Part shown: positions 1-12,582 of the stretch, piece after piece
How positions within the stretch are numbered: the first letter of the stretch is position 1
Layout of the letters: every line of letters starts with the position of its first letter
Assembly: GCA_964016885.1 (NCBI GenBank)
Contig: OZ024741.1
Location: 292,144,001-292,208,000 of the forward strand
DNA length: 64,000 nucleotides
Reading direction: 5' to 3'
DNA from: Eledone cirrhosa
Taxonomy: Eukaryota
The notes under the pieces: model-generated
Told to the model about the DNA's origin: nothing
Seen by the model: only the letters and a program-made list of their open reading frames with translations
The model's database searches: none
Program-made: the position numbers and the translations under genes

Positions 1-142
1 GAAAGGTGAAAGATGCTGAAGTTTCTCTTCATATGAATATCAACCCATCTGCTTGTGATAATAAGGACGAAATGGGAGGAAGTTGAGGAAGACTGGCAGA
101 GTGTTACAACAGGGGGAGAAAAGGAAATTGAATAACTAATAT

Positions 143-231
143 TTTGCCTTTCATCCTTACCGGGTCGATAAAATAAAGTACCAATAATGTACTGGCATAA
201 TTGCTGGCCTTGTGCCTATATAAGAAACAAT
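143..231 (+). mobile_element. SINE family A, 3' fragment
   Basis: Matches the body and tail repeated >20 times in the window (GCCTTTCATCCTTAC..GTCGATAAAATAAAGTACC..GCTGGCCTTGTGCC..GAAACAATT). Confidence 0.85.
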
Positions 232-550
232 TATTTATTTAATCGATTTAAATGTCCGTATCGAGCTAGTAAACCGTGACAGACTCGGGGAGTATCTAGT
301 ACAAAAATATATAATGAGGTTCGTGTGAAGACAAAAGTTAAATAAAATAAAACAAAATAATTAGGGAAGGCCAACGGGAGGCAAATTAAGCATTTAAAAT
401 ATATGAAGAAAATGGGAAGCAATGGAAGCTGTAAATCAGCTAAGATTCTCCTGTTGAACCTTCTATCCTCCATCTACTCAAAGATTTTGTTTATAGTTGA
501 TAGATATTTTACAATATATTCCATTCATTTCTCCAATCTTGGCAGTTTTT
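232..550 (-). repeat. Dispersed LINE-3'-end-like repeat (related copies at ~29820-30280 and ~22990-23110)
   Basis: Shares ATTAGGGAAGGCCAA..GGCAAA, GGAAGCTGTAAA.CAGCTA.GA and TTTGTTTATAGTT with 30040-30190; the latter shares GTATTTAGTACTTCTTACAGTT with 23020-23045 (reverse). Confidence 0.55.
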
Positions 551-559
551 TGTCCTCTT

Positions 560-602
<43 letters not shown>

Positions 603-842
603 ACTGATAGTTTTCACATTGGAACAAATATTACTGAATAGTTCTGGGAAGTCACCACAAGAACATCGAGGTGATTCTTTACGACCAGTTCGTAATAAAA
701 TGTAATAAATAAATAAACAAATAAATAAACAGCTCTGTCAGACATCTTTAAAAAATAATGACCATGAGAGGAGATGATTAGACGGCGTGTTTCCCTGAAA
801 TACACGCTTTATGGCATATAGTTACGTACCTTTACGTTTTGA

Positions 843-1467
843 GCAACAGTAACAACAACAACAGTAGCAACAATAACAATAACAACAGTAGCAACATAAC
901 ACCAACAAAAGTAGCAACATAACAACAACAACAGTAGCAACAGTAACAATAACAACAGAAGCAACATAACAACAACAACAACAGTAGTACCATAACAACA
1001 ACAACAGTAGCAACATAACAACAACAACAACAGTAGCAACATAACAACAATAACAACAGTAGCAACATAACAAGAACAACAACAGTAGTAACAACAACAA
1101 CAACAGTAGCAGCAGTAACAAGAACAACAGCAGCAACAGTAACAACAACAACGCTAGCAACAACAACAGTAGCAACATAACAACAACAACAACAGTAGCA
1201 ACAACAACAACAACAACAACAACAGCAGCAACAGTAACAACAACAACAGTAGCAACATAACAACAACAACAGCAGCAACAACAACAACATTACTAGCAAT
1301 AACTAAAACAGCAATAACATCACCGGCCTCAACTTCAGCAGCTGTTTTTCAAGCAGCACCAAAAACAATAGCAACAACAACAGCAGCAACAAAGTTACCA
1401 ACAATAATTACAACAGTAGCAGCTGCACACAAGCATCAGCGACAGCAGCAAAAACAACAACAGCAGC

Positions 1468-1504
<37 letters not shown>

Positions 1505-3260
1505 GCAGCAACAACATTACTAGCAATAACTACAAAAGCAGTAGCAGCTGCACTCAACTAGCAGCAACTACAGCAGCAAAAACAACACCAACTACAACAA
1601 CAACAACAACAACAGCAGCAGCACTACCAACAACAACAGCAGCACCACCACCAACAACAACAGCACCACCAACAACAACAACAACAGCACCACCACCAAC
1701 AACAGCAACTACAACAGCAGCATCACCACCAACAACAACAACACCACCAACAACAACAGCAACTACAACAGCAGTACCACCAACAACAACAACAACAATA
1801 TCAGCAACAATAACTACAGCACCACCACCAACAACAACAACATAAACTACAACAACAACTACAGCAACACCACCAACAACTGCAGCAGCACCACCACCAA
1901 CAACAACAACAGCATCAGCAACAACAACTACAGCAGCACCACCAACAACTGCAGCAACACCACCACCACCAACAACAGCATCAACAACAACAACTACAGC
2001 AGCAGCACCAACAACAACAACTACAGCAGCACCACCAACAACAACTGCAGCAGCACCACCACCAACAACAACAGCATCAGCAACAACAGCTACAGTAGCA
2101 GCACCAACAACAACAACTACAGCAGCAGCACCAACAACAACAATTACAGCAGCAGCACCATCAACAACTACAGCAGCAGCACCAACGAAGGCAGCAGCAT
2201 TAACAAAAATAGCAACTACAACAGCAGCAACAATAACTACAGCAGCACCACCACCACCACTAACAACAACATCAGCAACAACAGCAACTACAACAGCAGC
2301 AGCGACATCTACAGCAGCACCACCACCACCAGCAACAACTTCAGCAACAATAACTACAGCAGCACCACCAGCAACAACAACAACTTCAGTAAAAACAACA
2401 ACTACAGCAGTACCACCACCAACAACAGCAGCACCAACATCTACAGCAGCACTACCACCACCAACAACAACAACATCAGCAAAAATAACAACAAAAACAC
2501 CAACAACTACAACAACTAGAGCAGCACCACCACCAACAACAACAGCAGCACCACTAACAACAACAGCAGCACCACTAACAACTACAGTAGTACCACCACC
2601 ACCAACAACACCACCACCAAAATCAACAACAACTACACCACCACCAACAACACCAACACCACCAACAACAACAACACCAACAACAACACCACCAACAACA
2701 ACTACACCACCATCAACATCAACAACAACTTCACCAGCACCAACAACACCAACTACACCACCAACAACAACAACACCAACAACACCACCACCAAAATCAA
2801 CAACTACACCACCACCAACAACAACAACACCACCACCAACAACAACACCAACAACAACACCACCAACAACAACTACACCACCATCAACATCAACAACAAC
2901 TACACCACCACCAACTACACCACCAACAACAACACCACCACCAACAACAACAACACCAACAACAACACCAACAACAACTACACCACCACCAACAACACCA
3001 CCACCACCAACAACAACAACACCACCAACAATAACACCAACAACACCACCACCAACAACACCACCACCACCACCAACAACAACTACACCACCATCAACAT
3101 CAACAACTACACCAACAATAACAACACCACCACCAACAACAACAACACCACCAACAACACCAACAACACCAACACCACCACCAACAACAACAACAACACC
3201 ACCACCACCAACAACACCAACACCCCCACCACCACCAACAACAACAACTACTACAGCAGC
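843..3260. repeat. Compound trinucleotide repeat (CAA/CAG/CAC/CTA), ~2.4 kb
   Basis: Continuous ACA/GCA/CCA/ACT triplets with a higher-order motif ACAACAACTACAGCAGCACCACCA. Confidence 0.95.
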
Positions 3261-3360
3261 AAGCTTCAGAAATCAACGATCTGCAACTTGTTGCGCTATT
3301 GACAGAAGCTGAAAGCTAAACGGCCGTTCTAACACATACTAACACATACACATACACATC

Positions 3361-3449
<89 letters not shown>

Positions 3450-4315
3450 GTACACACACATCTACACACACAAACACACACAAACACACACAAACACTGA
3501 GCAGAAGCCCACATAATTCCATAGATATAATGCATGTATATGTGTGTGGTGTGTATGTGTGTGTGTGTGCGTGTCTGTGTGTGTGTATGTGTGTGCGTAT
3601 GTGTATACATAAGTCTAGATAGACATATACATTCATTATAGACATGTGTGCATGTGTATGTATATATATATATACATGTGTGTGTGTGTGTGTGCGTGTA
3701 TGTGCGCATGTGTATATATAAGTCTAGTTAGACATATATATTCATTATAGACATGTGTGCATGTGTGTACGTGTTCGTGTGTGTATACATAAATCTAGAT
3801 ATACATATACATACATTATATATAGACATCACACACAAACACATACATCCAATAAAAACGGGGTAAAAATATCTCAAACATAAAGTGTATGTTTACAGTT
3901 CGTTATTATCCTTGTAATCATAATCAACATAATCAACATCACCACCATCATCAGTAACATCAGCTTAACGATCAGACTCAGCGTTGATTAACGTTGACAT
4001 TAATACTATTATTTCCACCACCACTAGCACCACCCCCGAAACTGCCAACACCACCGCCAACACCACCACCAACACCCGCCACCAACACCACAACCATCAC
4101 CATTAAAACTATTAACACCACTACCTACTTACGTTCAAGTTCTACTTATTCGTCTTTCTCGATCTGATTCCTTTATATATGTGTATATAGAGATATTTAA
4201 TTTGTTGGTTATTCAACAAATTTATTTATAACAGTTTCGAAGCACTCTACATGTTTTCTGGAGTATAATATCAATGATATTAATAAATGGAAAACTATAT
4301 TTATAAAACCATATT

Positions 4316-4376
4316 TATTTTATTATATATATTTCAAGGGTACCAAAATGTTGGTACGCCCTCATCAGATAAAATA
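4316..4376 (-). ncRNA. Type I hammerhead ribozyme motif (family A)
   Basis: Minus strand reads TATTTTAT CTGATGA GGGcGTACCAA-catt-TTGGTACCCTT GAAA TATATA TA ATAAAATA: 8-bp stem I, long stem II, palindromic stem III, AUA cleavage triplet. Confidence 0.85.
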
Positions 4377-4639
4377 CCAAATTTGTTTTATAAATGTTGA
4401 CATACCCAAGAAACCAGACCTTATCGGTTCAGGTTCAGTTTGGGCAGTGAAAGAAAAATTTCAAATCCTTAAGATGAATATGTAAATGACGTTGAAACGT
4501 AAGGCTGAAAAATGATCGCGTTATTTAGACGCTAGGTAAATTTAAATAATTACTAGGATAATTTATAAAAGGAAAAAAAGAGCGGCTAATATTAATGTTA
4601 TTGTGTAAGAAAATTTAAGGAATGATTATAAGAAAAAAT

Positions 4640-5715
4640 AATAAAACTGTTAACTTCTTAGATGTAACTTTAAACCTTAGCTCAGGTCTATATCACCCTT
4701 TCCATAAGATTAATGAAAACCTAAACTACGCAAGCTTCCATTCTAACCATCCTAGAAATGTAAAAAAAATATTATTGTCAATAGTGTCCAGCAACGAATT
4801 TCACGCATTTCAGCTAATAAGAATATTTTTTATAACAAGGCAGAATATTACAATGATGCTTTACATAGAGCTGGCTACACGAGTAAAATTAAATACTTAG
4901 ATAACAATAACATGCAAAATCATCCTAAAATTCACTATAATAATAATAATAAGCAATTTAACATAAATAGTATATCAAACAAAAGAACTAGAACTAGAAA
5001 TATTATTTGGTACTCTCCCCCATTCTCGATAGGCGTTAAAACACCTGTAGCAAACCTATTTTTCAAAGAATTAGATAAATGTTTTCCTAAATCCCATAGA
5101 TACCATTCTATTTTTAACAGACATACTATTAAACTATCTTACTTTACTATGATGAATTAATACTAGAAACTTAAATATAAATCCAAACCAAATAAACCAA
5201 GATAACAATATAAATATTACTAATAACAATATTAATACTAATAATAATAGTACCGTTCATAGTAACAATAACTCTGGAAAATGTAACTGTAGAGACGAAT
5301 CAAATTGCCCTTTACAGAATAATTGCCTAGATAAAAACTTAGTATACAAATGCACAGTAAAAATTAGAGATAAAATATATAACTATATAGGAGCCACTTC
5401 TACAAAATTTAAAGAACTCTGGTATAATCACAAACACACTTTTAATAGATCCGATAAAATATTTTCTACATCACTTTCACATCTAATTTGGTACTTAAAA
5501 GACAATAATATTGACTATTCAATCTCTTGGGGAACGATTTCGAAAGCGCCCACATACCGAAATATGGCTCTCTCAAGAATTTGTCATTTGTGTATTGAAA
5601 AAATATTTTATATACTTACCTGCCAAAACTCTATTAACAAAAAGAAAGAAATATTCAGTTCTTGTAGACATCGCCAAAGAATGACTTTCAGAAGTATCTT
5701 TCAGAAGTATCTTTA
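4640..5715 (+). pseudogene. PLE reverse transcriptase C-terminus/thumb + GIY-YIG endonuclease, frameshifted
   Basis: Motifs VNFLDVTLNL, SNHP, RNIIWYSPPFS, IFNRHTIKLSY, CNCRDESNCPLQNNCLDKNLVYKC..YIGATSTKFK..YNH, CHLCIEK, SSCRH; frameshift near 4770 and stop at 5160. Confidence 0.9.
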
Positions 5716-6589
5716 ATCTGTCGCGATTTTGTGGTGATTTTTAAATATTTTTCTTTTTATCTAATATTTTTCAAATGATATTCTTTTTAATTGTTTTCAA
5801 TGATATTTTGAAATATATCTTTTTTTTTGTGATAATTTTGATAATGTTTCTAAATATACTTATGATGTCTGTAGTAATATTGTTTCACTATATAGAATTT
5901 AACACATACATTCATATAGAATACGTATCTAAAATAGCTTATAATCATATACAAAATAATATATTAAATTTTTCTACTTATATTCCGCATATATCTTAAT
6001 TAGATATTTCTTTAAAATGACATTTGTAACATAATTATTTTAACTAAGAAACATTGGAGTTATCTTTTCCTTTACATAAATATTTATTTTCGTTGAGTTA
6101 ATAAATTTGTTGTGAATGTTTCCTATCTTGATTGAAGTATCTGAATGTACAAAATAATCTTCTCAAATAAAATTTATAACTACGTCCTTTTCTTAACTAT
6201 ATATTGAAAATGTAAACACAAAATTCTTCGTAGCCCTTAACATTTAATTTATCTATCTAGTGAAAATAACAACATATATACTCACCAAAAATATTTATAT
6301 AAATACTTATATAAATAACCCGTTGTAATACTTACAAGCTTAAATATACTTATAAATATTATCTATATAATATTATAACTCATGATTTGAATAGATCCAA
6401 TAGTTTGTTGTATATCTCAATTTTTTTTTTTTTTAATTGTTATTTCACCACTTCAACACATTCTTAACTCTCATATTATTTAATAGATACTACCAAAATA
6501 TATGATTATATAATTAAATAATTAAATATAATTATATCACTCCCTTTACACCATCACGGATATGATCCATACAATTTTATCTTAATAAT

Positions 6590-6678
6590 TGTTTCTACTT
6601 TTGGCACAAGGCCAGCAATTATCTCAGTGTACTTTATTTTATCGACCCCGTAAAATAAAGTACCAGTAATACACTGTA
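6590..6678 (-). mobile_element. SINE family A fragment with internal inversion and 21-bp TSD, nested in PLE 1
   Basis: Flanked by ATACAATTTTATCTTAATAAT at 6569-6589 and 6679-6699; 6590-6650 is minus-strand SINE, 6651-6676 is plus-strand SINE. Confidence 0.8.
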
Positions 6679-6971
6679 ATACAATTTTATCTTAATAATA
6701 ATAGTGTATTTCTAAGTATAATTTTTTCTTATAATCATTCTTTAAATTTTCTTACACAATTTCCTTTTATAAATTATCCTTATAAATTATCCTAATAATT
6801 ATTTAAATTTACTTAGCGTCTAAATATAACGATCTTTTTTCAGCTTTACGTTTCAACGTCATTTACATATTCATCCTAAGGATTTGAAATTTTTCTTTCA
6901 CTATCTAAACTGAACCTGAACCGATAAGGTCTGGTTTCTTGAGTATGTCAACATTTATAAAACAAATTTTG

Positions 6972-7032
6972 TATTTTATCTGATGAGTGCGTATCAAAAT
7001 TTTGGTACCCTTGAAATATATATAATAAAATA
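6972..7032 (+). ncRNA. Type I hammerhead ribozyme motif (family A)
   Basis: TATTTTAT CTGATGA GTGCGTATCAAAATTTTGGTACCCTT GAAA TATATA TA ATAAAATA; second copy of 4316-4376. Confidence 0.8.
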
Positions 7033-7087
7033 AATATGGTTTTATAAATATAGTTTTCCATTTATTAATATCATTGATTATATATAT

Positions 7088-7489
7088 AGGGTAACAAGTT
7101 ATCGTTATAGGTAATCCAGTTAGAGGTTGTGAGTACTTCGCATCGTGGATAGTTTTAACGTACGGCTTTGTTTAACTCAGCAAGATGTTTTCATATTTAG
7201 GCAGCGAGTTCGCGGTAATTCTTATGTAGGTTATACTTGGAGTAATAATAGTGAAAGAATGAAGAGTAACATGGTTGGCTGTACAACAAGGGGCTTTATT
7301 TCAGGTATTGACAATTGTTTCATTGATCATATTGTGGTGAAATGGTCAGAGGTAAATAATGTAAAGGCGATCGAGTGACGCAACTTCGAGCGATTAACGA
7401 CCTCTAGACTCACCTGATCAATGAAACAATTATCAATACCTGAAATAAAGCCCCTTGTTGTACAGCCAGCCATGTTACTCTTCATTCTT

Positions 7490-7495
<6 letters not shown>
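7088..7495 (+). mobile_element. Short PLE-end-like element with 81-bp inverted repeat
   Basis: 7249-7329 is the reverse complement of 7415-7495; bounded by TA tracts; diverged relative at ~46872-47057. Confidence 0.6.
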
Positions 7496-7556
<61 letters not shown>

Positions 7557-7558
<2 letters not shown>

Positions 7559-7948
7559 CGTTTCTGAATTTGTTTAGCAAGATTCTTTATCTGAAATCGT
7601 GTGTTGAAACCGATATTGTTATACTTTGGGAGGGTCATGTTGTCAATAAGAAACACACGCACCAGTTGCTTTCACTTCAATTTAATTTATTATATATTTA
7701 TAAATTTACAAATTTATAAATTTCTGGTTGGTTGGTTGGTTCCACAACCAGATAGTTGTTTATATATATATAGTCATAGTTCTATGACTATATATATATA
7801 AACAACTATCTGGTTGTGGAACCAACCAACCAACCAGAAATTTATAAATTTGTAAATTTATAAATATATAATAAATTAAATTGAAGTGAAAGCAACTGGT
7901 GCGTGTGTTTCTTATTGGCAACATAACCCTCCCAAAGTATAACAATAT
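7557..7948. mobile_element. Fold-back palindromic element (family B), 168-bp arms
   Basis: 7613-7779 vs 7782-7948 near-perfect inverted repeat (about 2 mismatches) in (TA)n; non-palindromic relative at 37641-37900. Confidence 0.9.
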
Positions 7949-7969
7949 ATATATATATATATATATATG

Positions 7970-8018
<49 letters not shown>

Positions 8019-8071
8019 TATCATATATATATATATACGTATATATATATATATATTATATATATATATAT

Positions 8072-8172
<101 letters not shown>

Positions 8173-8308
8173 CATTTATATATATACATACACATATATA
8201 TATATGTATATATATATACTTTTATATATATATACATATATATATATGTATGTGTGTGTGTGTGTGTATGCGTGTGTGTGTGTGTGCGTGTGTGCGTATT
8301 TAGAAGAA

Positions 8309-8728
8309 TGGTATTAGTACAGATAATAGTTGTTGAAATAACAAGAATGGCTTTTTGGTTTATATACAAAGGTTTACTCCATTGAAGTCAAAGAAAGGAC
8401 AATGAACATAGCACTAGTTGTGAAGGTTCACGATGGAATGGTGTGATTGCTTCCTGAGGCTGTTGGTAGTAAAAAGAGTTGCTCTTAACATGTTCACTGG
8501 AGTAGGCTGGTATTTGCACTCCACGTGGCGTTGAAGGTTGAAGTGGAGGAGGCGAAGTCTCCAAGGCTGCTGCGAGTAAAAAGAGGTAGAGCGCTCTCGC
8601 TGCCTCAATATATAGTCCCCATGAGGACGAAACTCCATTTACTTCTGTTGTTGACACTAGGGGTCACTACTGTCCACAAGGGACGCAACTCTCGTGAGTT
8701 CTGGATTTAACCGCTAGGGGTCACTACA
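8309..8728 (-). mobile_element. Possible solo LTR
   Basis: GC-richer ~420-bp block between microsatellites; minus strand starts TGTAGTG and ends CA, with a TATATA box and a 14-bp internal direct repeat (CTAGGGGTCACTAC). No TSD resolved. Confidence 0.4.
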
Positions 8729-8785
8729 TATATATATATATATATATATAATATAAAATCAAAAGATGGTTAAAAGAGTTCCATG

Positions 8786-8856
8786 TATTTTATTATGCGC
8801 ATTTCAAAAACAAATATCATCATGGGATGATATTTGCGTTCTCATCAGATAAAATA
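8786..8856 (-). ncRNA. Type I hammerhead ribozyme motif (family C)
   Basis: Minus strand TATTTTAT CTGATGA GAACgCAAATATCATC-ccat-GATGATATTTGTTTTT GAAA TGCGCA TA ATAAAATA; intact core, palindromic stem III ATGCGCAT. Confidence 0.88.
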
Positions 8857-9776
8857 GGGAGACATGATACTGTATTTTAAAAAAACACTTGCGAGCAGTG
8901 AAGTGTTAAATCAACATATGGAAAATAAAATAAGATGGATATAGGAGATTGGGAAAAAAAGGAAAGGAAGGGGGGGGGGAGGAAAAGGTAAGGAAGAGGA
9001 AGAAATAATATAATAAGAAAAAAATATATAATAATGAGGAAAGGATGACGGAGGAGGAGTATAAGAAGGAAGGATGAGAGAGGAGGAGAAAATGAGTGAG
9101 AGAGAGAGAGAGATAACCTTTAATACTGAGAAACACTGTCTCGCAGAGAGAAATTTAAAAAAACCGTTGTAAGATAATACATTATTTTAAAAAAAATTAG
9201 AAATTAAAAGTTAATGAGGTTTATGAATGGTGATGCTTATGATTAAAGAAAAAGGAATTAAGAATAATATTCATTTAAGGTTTATATATTGAAGGGTTTA
9301 ATAGTATGTGCGAAAAGGAATTTATTAAAATGTATTATTAAAATAAAATATATTAAGAAGATAAGGTGAATGAAGATAAGGTTAGAGGAATTAATTAGGG
9401 TCCAAGTTTGTTTCTATGTATTGTAATAGGAAAAAGTAAATAATAGGTTTAATACGAGCACGGAAGGAGAGAAGAAAGAAGAAATTCAAGGTAGAATAAA
9501 TATATAACGTCAAAAAAATATATATTAAAATAGAAATTTGTATGGCCGAGAATATAAGTAAAATGCTATAGTGAGTTATAATATGAATTAAGAAGTAATT
9601 GAGAACTAAAAGTTGCAGATTAAAGATTAGAAATTAAAAAAGAAGAAAAAAGAAGAGAAATAGGGGACCGCTAACGACATAGTATGAGTAATATTGTATA
9701 ATATACTGAAATAAGGTATAAAGATGGGTATATTTGTAAAAAATATAAAAGCGTTTGAGAAAAGATTTTAAACTAA

Positions 9777-10618
9777 TTAGGTAGTAAGACTTATATATGT
9801 AGTAAGACTGTATACTTTATGGAAAGTTCTATATGATTTATGCAAGCAGAGCGAAAATAAATCCGTACGTCTATTTATTATAGAATTAAAATTAGAGATA
9901 ATGGTAAATTTCTCCGCTAGGCAGAGATTACATGTTCTGGATAGGGAAGAATTAAGGTAAGGAGAGGCGTTGCAAACCTTCCTCCAAGAAATGTAGTTAA
10001 TATTTTTGTCCTTTAAGAACCATATGAGTTCTGAAAGTTCTGTGTTAGTTCTTTTAAGTTGGTATTTAAAAGAAGAATTGTGATTATAAAATCTTGCTTT
10101 AAAGGAAGTGGAAGTGGAACCAAAATTGGTAAAATAATTAGTACCAGTTATAACCTTACATTCATACACTAAATTTTTATCAAGACACTGGTTACTAAGA
10201 GGACATTTCGTTCTAACAGGGCAATTGCAATTACGATTAGAGAAATTGCCAGAGTTATTAACAAGTGACCCAGTATTATTAATAGAAGGAATTGAATTGA
10301 AGAAGTTATTTAGGATAGGTGGTAAAGTTTCCTGATTTAGATTGGTATTATGAACATTCAACAAAGTTACGTTTGACGTTGTATTTAAATTTACGGAATC
10401 TAGCCTAGAGTTAACATTAACGTCGGGTTTACTATTACTATTATTATGACGCGCAGTGTTGGATGGATATAATTTATTACTTAATATTTTATTATTATGT
10501 TTAGAGATAATGTTAGAGATGTTGGAAGTGGTGGAATAAGAGAATTTAATTGTATGTTTATTAAAGATCTTATAAATATGTGAGGGAGGAAGCATTTATC
10601 TAACGCCCTAAAAAACCT

Positions 10619-10619
<1 letters not shown>
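9777..10619 (-). pseudogene. PLE linker + GIY-YIG endonuclease domain
   Basis: FFRALDKCF, IFNKHTIKFSYSTTSNI, CNCPVRTKCPLSNQCLDKNLVYEC..NFGSTSTSFKARFYNH, TELSELIWFLKD, CNLCLAEK; homologous to PLE 1. Confidence 0.9.
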
Positions 10620-10668
<49 letters not shown>

Positions 10669-10862
10669 GATAATCTACCAATTAATGGTAGAGTCCAAGC
10701 CGTATGAAGAACTCAATGTAATCCGTATGTAGAAGATGCCGCGAAGCAAAGTTTAAAATACAAAATTTCAACGATATAATTCATTGGAAGCAGAGTCAAA
10801 TTAATACAAATAGTGAAAACAATGAAATTAAACAAAATACGGGTAATTCATAGTAAAACTCC

Positions 10863-10998
10863 TTATTTTACGATCGTTTCTGGGGGTTAGTTCTCCGCCG
10901 TATGTTCATTCTATTAGTGATCTATGTAGAATATATTACAAATGATCAAAGTAAGAAAATATATATACGTCTTCCCTACCCGCCGTCTTCAGAAATAA
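10863..10998 (-). ncRNA. Type I hammerhead motif with ~105-nt domain II (family D)
   Basis: Minus strand TTATTT CTGAAGA [105 nt] GAAA CGATCG TA AAATAA; palindromic stem III ACGATCGT, GUA triplet. Confidence 0.7.
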
Positions 10999-10999
10999 T

Positions 11000-11175
11000 T
11001 GTTTCTACTTTTGGCACAAGGCCAGCAATTATCCCAGTACATTACTGGTACTTTATTTTATCGACCCCGTAAGGATGAAAGGCAAAGTCAACCTCGGCGG
11101 GATTTGAACTCAGATCGTAAAGGGACGTAACTATGTTGGAAAGCATGGCGTCCGACCCTTTACCGATACTGCCAA
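11000..11175 (-). mobile_element. SINE family A with 12-bp TSD
   Basis: TTCAGAAATAAT at 10988-10999 and 11176-11187; A-box-like TGGCAGTATCGG and B-box GTTCAAATC on the minus strand. Confidence 0.9.
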
Positions 11176-11595
11176 TTCAGAAATAATGAGTTTTGTTTAT
11201 TGAAGATTATATAACCTTTTAAGAACAAGGTTGAGATAGTAAAAATAGGAACGGGCAATATAGATCATTAAGCTGGTAGTAGTAGATGAATAAATTAGCA
11301 GTCAGGGTATGAGGTATCGAATGACCTTTAATAAAAAGAAAAGAAGGTTGCGAATGTAAAGGAATTTAGACAGATTGTATAGAAAAGTGTGGACGGTCAA
11401 AGAAGATTAAAGTTGGAGGAAAGGGGTGCAGATATCAGTGTGTTATATCTAGTAGAATAGTATAGAACAATCCTAAATATTTGTTTCTTTGTTCAAGAGG
11501 AATAATTTGTTCTAAAAATAGAACAAGTAGAGGAATATAGATATAACCAAAGAAAAGTAAAATTTAGATAAAAAATATATAGGTAAGAAAATAAT

Positions 11596-11696
11596 TGTTT
11601 CTACTTTAGGCACAAGGCCAGCAAAAACCCAGTGCATTACTGGTACTTTATTTTATCGACCCCGTAAGGATGAAAGGCAAAGTCAACCTCGGCGGG
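11596..11696 (-). mobile_element. SINE family A, 5'-truncated, 17-bp TSD
   Basis: ATAGGTAAGAAAATAAT on both sides of the SINE body. Confidence 0.85.
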
Positions 11697-11955
11697 ATAG
11701 GTAAGAAAATAATAAATTTGTGTAAGTATTGTATTGTGTTAGAGTGGTCAGAATGAAGTTTTACCTGTAGAGAATTTTATTTTCGAATAAGAAATCTCAT
11801 TAATAATCTGGTTTTCTGAATAGGTTTAAAAAAATGTCTGTTAAAGTTGAATATAATGTAATATATAGTTCTCATTAATAGTTAATTATTTAAAACAGTT
11901 ATAGGGATGAGATATAGGATTGAAACTATGGATTAATTCTAATAGCAAAAATACA

Positions 11956-11990
<35 letters not shown>

Positions 11991-12008
11991 TTACACACAC
12001 ACACACAC

Positions 12009-12112
<104 letters not shown>

Positions 12113-12216
12113 TTTTTCTTTTATATTATTTTCTTTATTTGTTTAGTTGTATTTATAATACTTGAATGTCTTTCTAATTCTATGGTTAGATGCGATAATT
12201 AATTCCTGTCTTTTAT

Positions 12217-12582
12217 TTAATAGAATGTCTTTCGATTTAGTAATTTCAAAATTTCTTGGGAACATAGTCCACACTCCTTTCTATTGCCCTGATAAGAAAT
12301 GGCTCTTTTGAGAATCTTCCAAGTTAGGTTATATTTAATTTTCTTCTTTTTACAATTATTAACTGCTTCCGCTAAAGAAGTGGTTTTAGCTAATCTTGTG
12401 TTTCGAAAACTGTGGGTGTGTGCATAAAATCTCGATTTAAACGGATTAGATGTGGATCCAATATAGGATCGATTAGAGTCCTTAGTGGTAATTATACATT
12501 TATACACTATATTATTAATTAAGCAATTTCCATTTAAGGGGCAATTACTTTTTACTCTACAATTACAACCGTTTTTGTACAT
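12217..12582 (-). pseudogene. PLE GIY-YIG endonuclease domain
   Basis: CNCRVKSNCPLNGNCLINNIVYKC..SYIGSTSNPFKSRFYAHTHSF..TSLA..W.I..CGLCSQE. Confidence 0.9.

Larger units (their letters stand above)
4271..7077 (+). mobile_element. Penelope-like retroelement 1 (probably Naiad-type), 5'-truncated, with an inverted copy of its 3' end
   Basis: RT C-terminus and GIY-YIG coding remnant at 4640-5715; 4271-4640 is the reverse complement of 6721-7077; each arm carries a hammerhead motif; ends in TA repeat. Confidence 0.9.
8755..10620 (-). mobile_element. Penelope-like retroelement 2, 5'-truncated, in (TA)n
   Basis: GIY-YIG ORF 9777-10595, ~1 kb AT-rich 3' region, hammerhead near the 3' end, TA tracts on both sides. 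Confidence 0.9.

Noticed and set aside
4125-4170. Minus-strand micro-exon ending in GTAAGT
   Set aside because: Stops in all three frames and a weak acceptor.
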